DNA of 24,583 bases, taken from positions 1 to 24,583 of the IMG/VR virus record IMGVR_UViG_3300020181_000032. The stretch is one strand, 5' to 3'. Position 1 is the stretch's first letter. Every line of letters starts with the position of its first letter. Below the pieces are notes generated by a model that was not told the origin of the DNA, made no database searches, and saw only the letters and a program-made list of their open reading frames with translations. This document shows, in pieces, positions 1 to 7,291 of this stretch. This DNA is from a virus (lineage: Duplodnaviria; Caudoviricetes). The translations under genes were made by a program, and so were the position numbers.

Positions 1-130
1 AGCCAAAAAATTTCGCGACGAGTTGATCTTGATCGGGTTATATAAGCCGGAACTGATGGCTGTACGGCCCGCTGAGGGCCTGGGGACCCCGACCCCTCCC
101 GGAGCTACCCCCAGACCCTCCTGGAGCTTC

Positions 131-523
131 TCAGCCCTCTTCCTGAGCCGCGTGGGCCCCTTCGTGGCCAGCGGGCAGGTCACAGACGGCGGGGTACATC
201 CGGCCGGCGTCGAAGTACTTCCGGCAGCGTCGAGCTGGCTGCTGAAGCGCCGGCACCTGCTCGGGCACCTGGTCGACGTCGTGCTGCTCGATCACCTCGG
301 TCGGTGCGCCGGCGACCCGCTCGACCAGCATCGCCGGGAACGCCTGCTGCTCCGAGGCCGCGACCTCCAGCCGGGTGCGTACCAAGTCCAGCTGGAGTCG
401 GGCCAGCAGCACCTCGGCGATCGCTTCGAGGTAGTCCACGGTTTCGAGGTCGCCCTCGCCGAGGACTCCCGTCGCCCACTTCGCCGTCTTCTCGGCCGCT
501 GCGATCCGGTCAACGTTCTCCAT
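131..523 (-). CDS. Hypothetical phage protein (130 aa) with C-terminal C-x13-C-x5-H-x3-H putative zinc-binding motif
   Basis: GC3-rich ORF. AAGGGA (537-532) lies 8 nt before ATG 523, a better start than 634 in the ORF track, which runs through the repeat array. Ends CRKYFDAGRMYPAVCDLPAGHEGAH. Confidence 0.7.
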   Translation of the reverse strand: MENVDRIAAAEKTAKWATGVLGEGDLETVDYLEAIAEVLLARLQLDLVRTRLEVAASEQQAFPAMLVERVAGAPTEVIEQHDVDQVPEQVPALQQPARRCRKYFDAGRMYPAVCDLPAGHEGAHAAQEEG

Positions 524-552
524 GATCATCGTCCCTTCGTCGTTGGCTTCAA

Positions 553-691
553 GTGCTCCGGCGGAGCACTGGAGATTGGAGGCACCGGGCAGTAGTGCTC
601 CAGCGCCCACTCCGTGGAGCGCTGGGTGGAGCACATACGGCCCGTGTGTGCTCCAGTGTGCTCCGGAGTGCTCCAGTCAAAAGTGGAGCAC
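553..691. repeat. Iteron-like array of GTGCTCC/GGAGCAC heptamers, putative replication origin
   Basis: Eight perfect copies: GTGCTCC at 553, 595, 648, 658, 668 and inverted GGAGCAC at 563, 628, 685, plus variant GGAGCGC at 616. Intergenic, directly after the primase-helicase stop. The repeat is certain; origin function is inferred. Confidence 0.8.
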
Positions 692-696
692 TCAGA

Positions 697-2823
697 TCAG
701 GCACCTTCAGCCACCTCAGAGTGGTCAGCCCGAGGCTCGCTTCCGGCGAGATAGTGAAATTGTGCACGCTTCGGTCCGGGCACCCTGACGATCTTGCGTC
801 CGGCCCGGCGGACGGCCTCGGCGACCCGGCGCGAGGAGAGATCGAGGTCGTCCTGGAGGGCGGTGTAGGTGATGCCGGGGTTCTCCTTCAGGTGGGCCAG
901 CACTCGGTCGAGATCGCCCCGCGTCTTGACCGCCGTACGGTTCCAGCCGCCGAAGGTGAGCTGTTGGGTCTCGGCGTCGAAGGTCAGCTGCTCCTCGTCC
1001 ACGTCCACGTCGCGGCCCTCGGCGCGCAGGAAGCGCAGGTTGGTCTCCCGGTCCCGCGTGAGGTACCAGAGGGCATCTGGCCAGGCTTCGAGCCGCTGGG
1101 AGCCGATGGCGGTCTCCTCGCCGGCCTCGACCTTGGCCTTCGGAGTGTGGACCGGCATCACGATCTCGGTGACGCCGGCCTCGTGCTTGATCAGGTCGAG
1201 GTAGTCCAAGAACGTGCTGACCTGGGCCTCGTCGTTGCCGGACTCGATCGAGCCGAGGTAGGCCCGGCTGTACGGGTCGATGATCCACACCTTGACCTGG
1301 CGCTCGGCGAGCCAGCGGACGACCCACTCGCGGATGCGCTCGCTCGCCAGCGGCAACGATCGGCCGCGCAGGTGGAGGGGGTGGACGATGTCGGTGTTGC
1401 GGATGCCCTGCCGGCGCAGCCAGCGCCGATACTGCGTCGAGTCCAGCTCGTAGTTGAAGACCGCCACGCCGCCGTCGACCGGCTCGACCTCGAACTTCCC
1501 GAGGAATGGATCGTGGTCCACCAGGCTGCGGATCAGATTGTTCACCATCGACGTCTTGCCAGCCTTCCGGCCGGCTATCAGCACCGCATTGTGGTTGGCC
1601 CCGAGAATGCCCTTCACCCGCCAGGGGGACTCCTCGTCGGGGAACAGCAGCTCGTCGGTCAGCGTGCCGAAGGTTTCCGGTTCGCGCCAGGTCTTCTCGT
1701 GCTCCTCGATGCGATACCGGCGCCGGGCCTCTTCGGCAATCCGGATCTTTTCGAGCTGCATCTTGACGTTCGACTCGAACAGAACATCGACACCTTCAGC
1801 CGGCGGCGTCTCGCCGTCTTCGACCACCCGGAGCTGGACCCGTTCGTCGTGGCGGACCTGCGGGCCGTTGAAGAGGTCGGAGATCCCGTTGCCGGTCGAC
1901 AGCGGTACGCTCGCGGCCTTGCGACCGACGCGGGCGGCGGCGCCCTCCCACTTCGACGCCAGTCGGGCAGCGTCGAAGTGAGCGTCCTGCGGCGCGCGTT
2001 GCATGAACGTCCGGCGCATCCGGTCCAGGTCGTAGCCGCCGGCGTTCGCCAGCTCGATCAGCCGACAGGCGACGTCGAAGCAGGTCTGGTCCCACGGCTC
2101 GCCGGTGTAGCCCCGCCCGTTCGGCGTCGCCAGCTCGCGCATGCGGTCCAGCCGCTTCAGCTCGCCGTCGATGCCGCTGGTGACGTAGCTCGTGCCGCGT
2201 ACGTCGTCCCAGACCGGGCTCTCGATAGCAGGTGCTTCCTCCGCTGGCGCCTGCTTGGTCAGCCGCTCCACCCAGTTCGCCGGCAGCGCCGGCACCTCGG
2301 TGGGCGCTGGCATGAATCCCACCGGCAGCTCGGTGTCGCTCGGGTCATAGATCTGGACGATCCGGCCGTCGTCGTCGGGATTGGTCGAACCCGGCGCGAG
2401 CAGATAGCGGTGATGGAACTGGATGATCTCCACGCCGGGGCCGAACAACCGCGTCAGCACTGAGACAAACTCAACGCCGACCGGAATGCGGAACAGCAGC
2501 TTGGCCGAGCCGTCCGTACGGGAGGTGATCTTGTACGTCCTCGGTAGCGGACCCAGCTCGGCGATGGCCTTGCCCATCGTGTCCAGGCCCTGCTTGCCGT
2601 TGTAGGCGTCGACGTCGATGGCGACCATGCCCTGCATGACGCGGATCGCGATGTTGCCGTCTGGTTCCTCGACCGTCCAGCCGCCTACGTCGTTGCGCGT
2701 GGGCCACGCACCGTCTGCCCCGGTGAAGCCGTCTGGCGGCGGCGACTTCTTCCCTGGTGGTAACGGAAGTACGCCATGCCAGCCTTTGTCATAGAAGCCA
2801 AGGGCAAAACGCTCATAGGTCAT
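697..2823 (-). CDS. Bifunctional DNA primase/polymerase (Prim-Pol) fused to a RecA-like AAA helicase domain, with probable C-terminal winged helix (708 aa)
   Basis: N-terminus has GWHGVLPL..K.P, NIAI and VAIDVD motifs typical of Prim-Pol. Walker A AGRKAGKTS, Walker B WIIDP, then VHTPK and GSQRLEAWPD. GAAAGG SD 6 nt before ATG. Confidence 0.9.
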   Translation of the reverse strand: MTYERFALGFYDKGWHGVLPLPPGKKSPPPDGFTGADGAWPTRNDVGGWTVEEPDGNIAIRVMQGMVAIDVDAYNGKQGLDTMGKAIAELGPLPRTYKITSRTDGSAKLLFRIPVGVEFVSVLTRLFGPGVEIIQFHHRYLLAPGSTNPDDDGRIVQIYDPSDTELPVGFMPAPTEVPALPANWVERLTKQAPAEEAPAIESPVWDDVRGTSYVTSGIDGELKRLDRMRELATPNGRGYTGEPWDQTCFDVACRLIELANAGGYDLDRMRRTFMQRAPQDAHFDAARLASKWEGAAARVGRKAASVPLSTGNGISDLFNGPQVRHDERVQLRVVEDGETPPAEGVDVLFESNVKMQLEKIRIAEEARRRYRIEEHEKTWREPETFGTLTDELLFPDEESPWRVKGILGANHNAVLIAGRKAGKTSMVNNLIRSLVDHDPFLGKFEVEPVDGGVAVFNYELDSTQYRRWLRRQGIRNTDIVHPLHLRGRSLPLASERIREWVVRWLAERQVKVWIIDPYSRAYLGSIESGNDEAQVSTFLDYLDLIKHEAGVTEIVMPVHTPKAKVEAGEETAIGSQRLEAWPDALWYLTRDRETNLRFLRAEGRDVDVDEEQLTFDAETQQLTFGGWNRTAVKTRGDLDRVLAHLKENPGITYTALQDDLDLSSRRVAEAVRRAGRKIVRVPGPKRAQFHYLAGSEPRADHSEVAEGA

Positions 2824-2877
2824 GCGCAGCCTTTCTCCCCCGAAGGATGTGGTAGCCTCGGGCTCGGTGGTTCGTCG

Positions 2878-2910
2878 GAAAGGGTCGAGGTCTAGTGCCT
2901 CGGCCCTTTC
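2878..2910. promoter_or_regulatory. 13-bp inverted repeat (hairpin, possible attenuator) over the RHH stop and upstream of the primase gene
   Basis: GAAAGGGTCGAGG-tctagtg-CCTCGGCCCTTTC with one non-Watson-Crick pair. Confidence 0.5.
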
Positions 2911-3089
2911 TTAATGTCGGCGGTGTCTGTGGCGGGCTCGTTCTCCCTGAGCCAGTTGGTCAGCGCTCGACGCGCCGCCTCCGACTCGGAGATCTCTAGG
3001 GCCTGGCAGGCTACTCGCAGCCGGCGCCGCACCGAGGACGTGACACGCAGATGGAGGGTGGCTGGTGGGTCGGGTTTCCTCTCGGGCAT
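2892..3089 (-). CDS. Ribbon-helix-helix (CopG/Arc-like) DNA-binding protein (65 aa)
   Basis: TLHLRV beta-ribbon followed by two helices (SSVRRRLRVACQAL, SESEAARRALTNWLRE). ATG 3089 chosen because it lies 7 nt after a -10 hexamer (leaderless). Confidence 0.8.
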   Translation of the reverse strand: MPERKPDPPATLHLRVTSSVRRRLRVACQALEISESEAARRALTNWLRENEPATDTADIKKGPRH

Positions 3090-3127
3090 GGGAGACACCG
3101 TAGCAACCGGTTGCTACGCTAGCCACC
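3090..3127. promoter_or_regulatory. Bidirectional leaderless promoter with perfect 20-bp palindrome CGTAGCAACCGGTTGCTACG (3099-3118)
   Basis: Plus strand TG-C-TACGCT (-10 at 3115-3120), 7 nt, ATG 3128. Minus strand TG-C-TACGGT (-10 at 3102-3097), 7 nt, ATG 3089. Neither gene has an SD. Confidence 0.75.
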
Positions 3128-4714
3128 ATGACGACCACCACCGCGATCCAACTCCGGGACTACCAGCAGGAAGCCATCGAGGCGCTACGCCAGGCGTACG
3201 CCGAGGGCATCCGTGCGCCGGCGGTCGTGCTGCCGACCGGAGCGGGGAAGACGGTGATCTTCAGCTCGATGGCGGCGACGGCGCGCCAGCGCATGCTCAT
3301 CCTCGCGCATCGAGACGAGCTGATCAGCCAAGCGGCCGACAAAGTCCGCTCGATCGCCCCGAACGTCGACCTCGGCATCGTCAAGGCCGAGCGGAACGAG
3401 TCCGACCGGCGCGTGGTGGTCGCCAGCGTCCAGAGCCTGATCAACCCGGTCCGGCGCGAGGCGCTCGGCGACATCGGGATCATCGTCTGCGACGAGGCCC
3501 ACCACGCCACGGCCAAGACCTACCGGAAGATCTTCGACCACTTCCCGGACGCCTTCCGGATCGGCTTCTCCGCCACCCTCGCGCGCACGGACGGCGCCGC
3601 GCTGGGCGAGGTGTGGGACGACGTCGTCTACACCCGCTCGATCCAGGACATGATCGAGGACGGCTACCTCGTCAAGCCGCGCGGCATCCATGTCTCGGTC
3701 GCCGACCTCCACCTGGAGAACGTCAAGGTCCGGGGCGACTTCACCGAGCGGGACCTGGGCCGGGAGCTGATCCGCGCGCTCGCGCCCGAGCTGGCCGCGA
3801 AGGCGTACGTCGAGCACGCCAGCGACCGCTCGGGCCTGCTCTTCACCCCGACCGTCGAGGCGGCGTACGCCTTCGGCGACGCGCTGAACGACCAGGGCGT
3901 CAAGACCGAGGTGGTCCACGGCGCGATGCCGGTGGACGAGCGTCGAGGCATCCTGGCCCGGCTGGAGTCGGGCGAGACCCAGGTGGTCAGCAACTGCATG
4001 GTGCTGACCGAGGGCTTCGACTGCCCTCGGGTCTCCTGCGTGGTGATCGCCCGGCCGACGAAGTCCGCGCCGCTCTACACCCAGATCGTCGGCCGCGTGC
4101 TGCGGCCGTTCCCCGGCAAGGTCGACGCTCTGGTGCTCGACATCACCGGCGTGTCGAGCAAGGTCAAGCTCGCCACCCTCGCCGACCTCCTCGGCGCGGA
4201 GAAGCGCGAGCAGGCCGACCCGGTCGAGCAGCTGGAGGAGGAGCCGACCGAGCGCGAGCGCATCGACATCGACTACGCCACCGGTGACGAGCTGCTGGCC
4301 CGCGAGGTCGACCTGTTCGCAGAGTCGACCTCGGCCTGGGCGAAGACCGCCGCCGGGACGTGGTTCCTGCCCGCCGGCGACAAGAACTACGTGTTCCTCC
4401 GCCAGCAGCCCGACGCCACCTGGAAGGTCTGGCAGCTGTCGAAGGCTGAGGGCTTCGCCGACCACGGCGGCGACCTCGGGCTGCGGGCGGCGAAGCGTCT
4501 CGGCGAGAAGGTGGCCCGGCGGCACGGCGCGCTCTCCAGCAAGGGCTGGCGCGAGTCGCCGCAGCGGGCCAGCGGCGGCCAGCTGTCCTTCCTGGACAAG
4601 CTGCGGATCAAGTACGACCCGCTGACCGTGACCAAGGGCGAGGCTTCCTCGCTGATCGACGCGAGGCTCGCCACGCAGACGATCGATAGGGCCGTGGCTA
4701 GCTTCGGCCTATGA
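3128..4714 (+). CDS. Superfamily 2 DEAH-box DNA helicase (ResIII/RadD-like, 528 aa)
   Basis: Q motif LRDYQ, motif I LPTGAGKT, II DEAHH, III SAT, V LTEGFD, VI QIVGRVLR. Confidence 0.93.
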   Translation: MTTTTAIQLRDYQQEAIEALRQAYAEGIRAPAVVLPTGAGKTVIFSSMAATARQRMLILAHRDELISQAADKVRSIAPNVDLGIVKAERNESDRRVVVASVQSLINPVRREALGDIGIIVCDEAHHATAKTYRKIFDHFPDAFRIGFSATLARTDGAALGEVWDDVVYTRSIQDMIEDGYLVKPRGIHVSVADLHLENVKVRGDFTERDLGRELIRALAPELAAKAYVEHASDRSGLLFTPTVEAAYAFGDALNDQGVKTEVVHGAMPVDERRGILARLESGETQVVSNCMVLTEGFDCPRVSCVVIARPTKSAPLYTQIVGRVLRPFPGKVDALVLDITGVSSKVKLATLADLLGAEKREQADPVEQLEEEPTERERIDIDYATGDELLAREVDLFAESTSAWAKTAAGTWFLPAGDKNYVFLRQQPDATWKVWQLSKAEGFADHGGDLGLRAAKRLGEKVARRHGALSSKGWRESPQRASGGQLSFLDKLRIKYDPLTVTKGEASSLIDARLATQTIDRAVASFGL

Positions 4715-4763
4715 TCAGATCGAGCGGCCGGGAGATCCGGCCACCGATCCAGGAGATCACCTC

Positions 4764-5261
4764 ATGGGCACCCACGGACCACTCGGCAAGCGCTCGTCCG
4801 AGAAGATGCGGCCGGCACACTGGAAGCGCAACGACGGGAAGGCCGACGAGACGCCGGTGATCACGGTCGACGCCACCCCGGTGATTGTCCCGGAGCCCGA
4901 CGAGGACTGGCACCCCGTCGCTCGGCGGATGTTCGACTCCCTCGAAGCCTCCGCGCACGCCGTCTTCTACACCCAGTCGGACTGGGGCGTCATCTACCTC
5001 ATCTGCGAGAACCTCTCGCGCGACCTGAAGCCGAAGTTCGTCGGTGTCAACGAGGCCACCGGCGAGGTGCTCACCCGCTCGGTGCCGATCGCCGGCTCCA
5101 GCCTGGCCGCGTACACGAAGATGCTTGGCAACGTGCTGGCCACCGAGGCCGACCGTCGCCGCCTGAAGATCGAGGTCGAGATGAACGTCGGCGACGACGA
5201 CGTTCCCGAGGCCCCGCTGAGCCTCACCGAGCGCAGGGAAAAGATGCTGAAGGAGGCGTAA
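4764..5261 (+). CDS. terS: Terminase small subunit (actinophage type, 165 aa)
   Basis: MGTHGPLGKR N-terminus, WHPVARRMFDSL..FY..SDW and TEADRRRLKIEV resemble mycobacteriophage L5-type small terminases. AGGAG SD; upstream of TerL. Confidence 0.85.
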   Translation: MGTHGPLGKRSSEKMRPAHWKRNDGKADETPVITVDATPVIVPEPDEDWHPVARRMFDSLEASAHAVFYTQSDWGVIYLICENLSRDLKPKFVGVNEATGEVLTRSVPIAGSSLAAYTKMLGNVLATEADRRRLKIEVEMNVGDDDVPEAPLSLTERREKMLKEA

Positions 5262-5404
5262 TGCCAGGGAAGCAGGTCAAGAACTGGCGCCAATACCACG
5301 CCCTGAAACGCAAGGGCTACTCGAAGACCAAGGCTGCCAAGATCACAAATGCTTCTGCGGCAAAGCGCCGAGTCAAGTCCCGCCGACGTCGTAAGAGGAG
5401 GTGA
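5261..5404 (+). CDS. Small, very basic protein (47 aa), not in the ORF track
   Basis: TAATG overlap with terS stop and AGGAGG SD at 5251-5256. Translates MPGKQVKNWRQYHALKRKGYSKTKAAKITNASAAKRRVKSRRRRKRR. Confidence 0.8.
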   Translation: MPGKQVKNWRQYHALKRKGYSKTKAAKITNASAAKRRVKSRRRRKRR

Positions 5405-5410
5405 TACCCC

Positions 5411-7281
5411 ATAACAGCCCTCCAAGAGCTGCCCACGTACGTCATTGAGCCCGTTGCGATCGGCCCCACCTGGACCAAGGGGCCCGATGGCAACTACATC
5501 ACGCCGTCGCTGACCCTTGGCTGGCAGGTGATCGACTGGATTCACGCCAACCTGCTCAATGACGAGGGGGAGCCGTTCCGATTGACCCTGGAACAGCGTC
5601 GCTTCCTCCTCTGGTTCTACGCCATCAATAAGGACGGAAAGTTCGTTTATCGATCTGCCATCCTGCAGCGTCTAAAGGGCTGGGGTTTACCGGAAAAGAC
5701 CCGTTAGGCGCGGCTATTGCCGCCGTTGAATTCGTCGGCCCGTGTCGCTTCTCGCATTTCGCCGAGGAGGACATGGATGAGATCGGTGTCGCCAAGGGCG
5801 AGCCGGTCGGAAAGCAGAACAAGCGGGCGTGGATCGACATCGTCTCGGTGTCGAAGTTCGCGACCCGGAACACGATGCGGATCTTCCCCGGTCTGTTCAC
5901 CCAGGACTGCAAGGACCGCCATCGGATCGAGATCGGCAAGGAGATCATCTACGCCCACTTCGGGCAGCGGACGATCCAGGCCACCACCTCCAACCCCGCC
6001 ACCCTCCAGGGTGGTCGGTCCAGCTTCGTGCTGATGAACGAGACGCACGAGTGGCTGGTGGCCAACGGCGGCCACGAGCTTCAGCTGACGATCGAGAACA
6101 ACGCGACCAAGTCCAAGGACGGTGCGGCGCGGACCCTGGCCATCACCAACGCCTACGAGCCCAGCGAGGACTCGGTCGCCCAGCGGATGCGCGAGGCGTG
6201 GGAGGACGAGCGGGCCGGTCAGGCCATCGACACCGGCGTGCTCTACGACTCCCTGGAGGCGCCGGCGGACGCCCGGATGTCGCCACCGGTGCCACGCGGC
6301 TCCCCGCTGCCTAGCGACGAGGAGGTCAAGGCGTACCTCGCGGCCATCGTGACGGCCGTTCGAGGCGACTCCGACTGGCTCGACGTCGACCGCATCGTCC
6401 GACGCATCCTGTCCCGCGACAACCCGGTCAGCCAGAGTCGGCGGTTCTGGTTCAACCAGATCGTGGCGCTGGAGGACGCCTGGGTCCACCCGGCCGCGAT
6501 CGACGCCGCCGAGGACCCCATCGTGCGCGCGGCGCGGCAGTACGAGGGCGACACCCTTCGCGCCGGCTGGATCGTTCAGCCGGACGAGCCGATCGTGGCC
6601 TTCTTCGACGGCTCGAAGTCCGATGACTCCACCGGGCTGGTCGGCTGCCGTCTCTCCGATGGCTACACCTTCGTCATCGGGCTCTGGGAGAAGCCGTACG
6701 CCGAGCGCCGCGTCAACCGGAGCGAGAACCTGCCGTTCGCGGCCTGGAAGGCGCCCCGAGAGGCCGTCGACCGCCGCGTCGAGGAGATGTTCGCCCGGTT
6801 CACCGTCGTCGCATTCTGGGGCGACCCCTCGCACGCCAAGGACGACGACGACGAGGACGCGGCCTCCTACTGGGGTCCGCACATCGACGCCTGGCACCGC
6901 GAGTACGGCGACCAGCTGAAGTGCTGGTCGGTCCAGTCGGGCCACTCCCAGCACTCGGTGCTCTGGGACATGACCTCACCCGAGCGCACCCGCATTTTCA
7001 CCGAGGCGGCCGAGACGTTCGTGGAGGACATCGAGGCGACCGACGACCTGGAGCAGTACCAGCCGACCTTCCGGATCGACGGCCATCCGAAGCTGAAGGA
7101 GCACCTCCGCAACGCCCACCAGTATCCGAACAAGTACGGCGTGTCGCTGTGGAAGGGGTCGCGGGGGTCCTCCCGTAAGATCGACCTCGCCGTCTGCGCG
7201 GTCGGCGCCCGCATGCTTCGTCGCGTCGTCTTGAATCGGGGCCTCGAAGAGCCTGACAAGCCCGGTGAATTCTGGTGGTGA
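5411..7281 (+). CDS. terL: Terminase large subunit in two reading frames (join 5411-5686, 5695-7281; about 620 aa); needs recoding across an 8-nt gap
   Basis: 5' frame: IGPTW..TLGWQVIDW..LTLEQRRFLLWFYAI..YRSAILQRLKGWG, stopping at TAG 5705-5707. The -1 frame continues GKDPLGAAIAAVEFVGPCRFSHF into the 5773-7281 ORF (Walker B FVLMNETH, coupling ITNA, nuclease FFDGSKSDDSTG and KIDLAV). Joined, they give the RLKGWGKDP Walker A of L5-like terminases. ATA start inferred. Confidence 0.9.
5669..5710 (+). other. Candidate recoding site in terL: GGT take-off (5684-5686), TTA (5687-5689), GGA landing (5692-5694), inside a predicted hairpin
   Basis: Sequence TGG GGT TTA CC GGA AAA GAC CCG TTA. CGTCTAA (5669-5675) pairs with TTAGGCG (5704-5710), and GGGTTT (5683-5688) pairs with AGACCC (5697-5702). 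Confidence 0.7.
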
Positions 7282-7291
7282 AGGAGGCTGT

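Noticed and set aside
553-691. CRISPR array
   Set aside because: Units are 7 bp, in both orientations and irregularly spaced, with no spacers or cas genes.
5684-5694. Intron, intein or simple pseudogene as the cause of the terL break
   Set aside because: 8 nt is too short for a self-splicing element and is out of frame. No other gene shows decay. A sequencing error cannot be excluded without reads.
5773-7281. TerL as a stand-alone 502-aa protein from ATG 5773
   Set aside because: It would lack the adenine-binding region and Walker A, which are encoded upstream. The GAGGAGG before it is only 2 nt from the ATG and encodes Glu-Glu.
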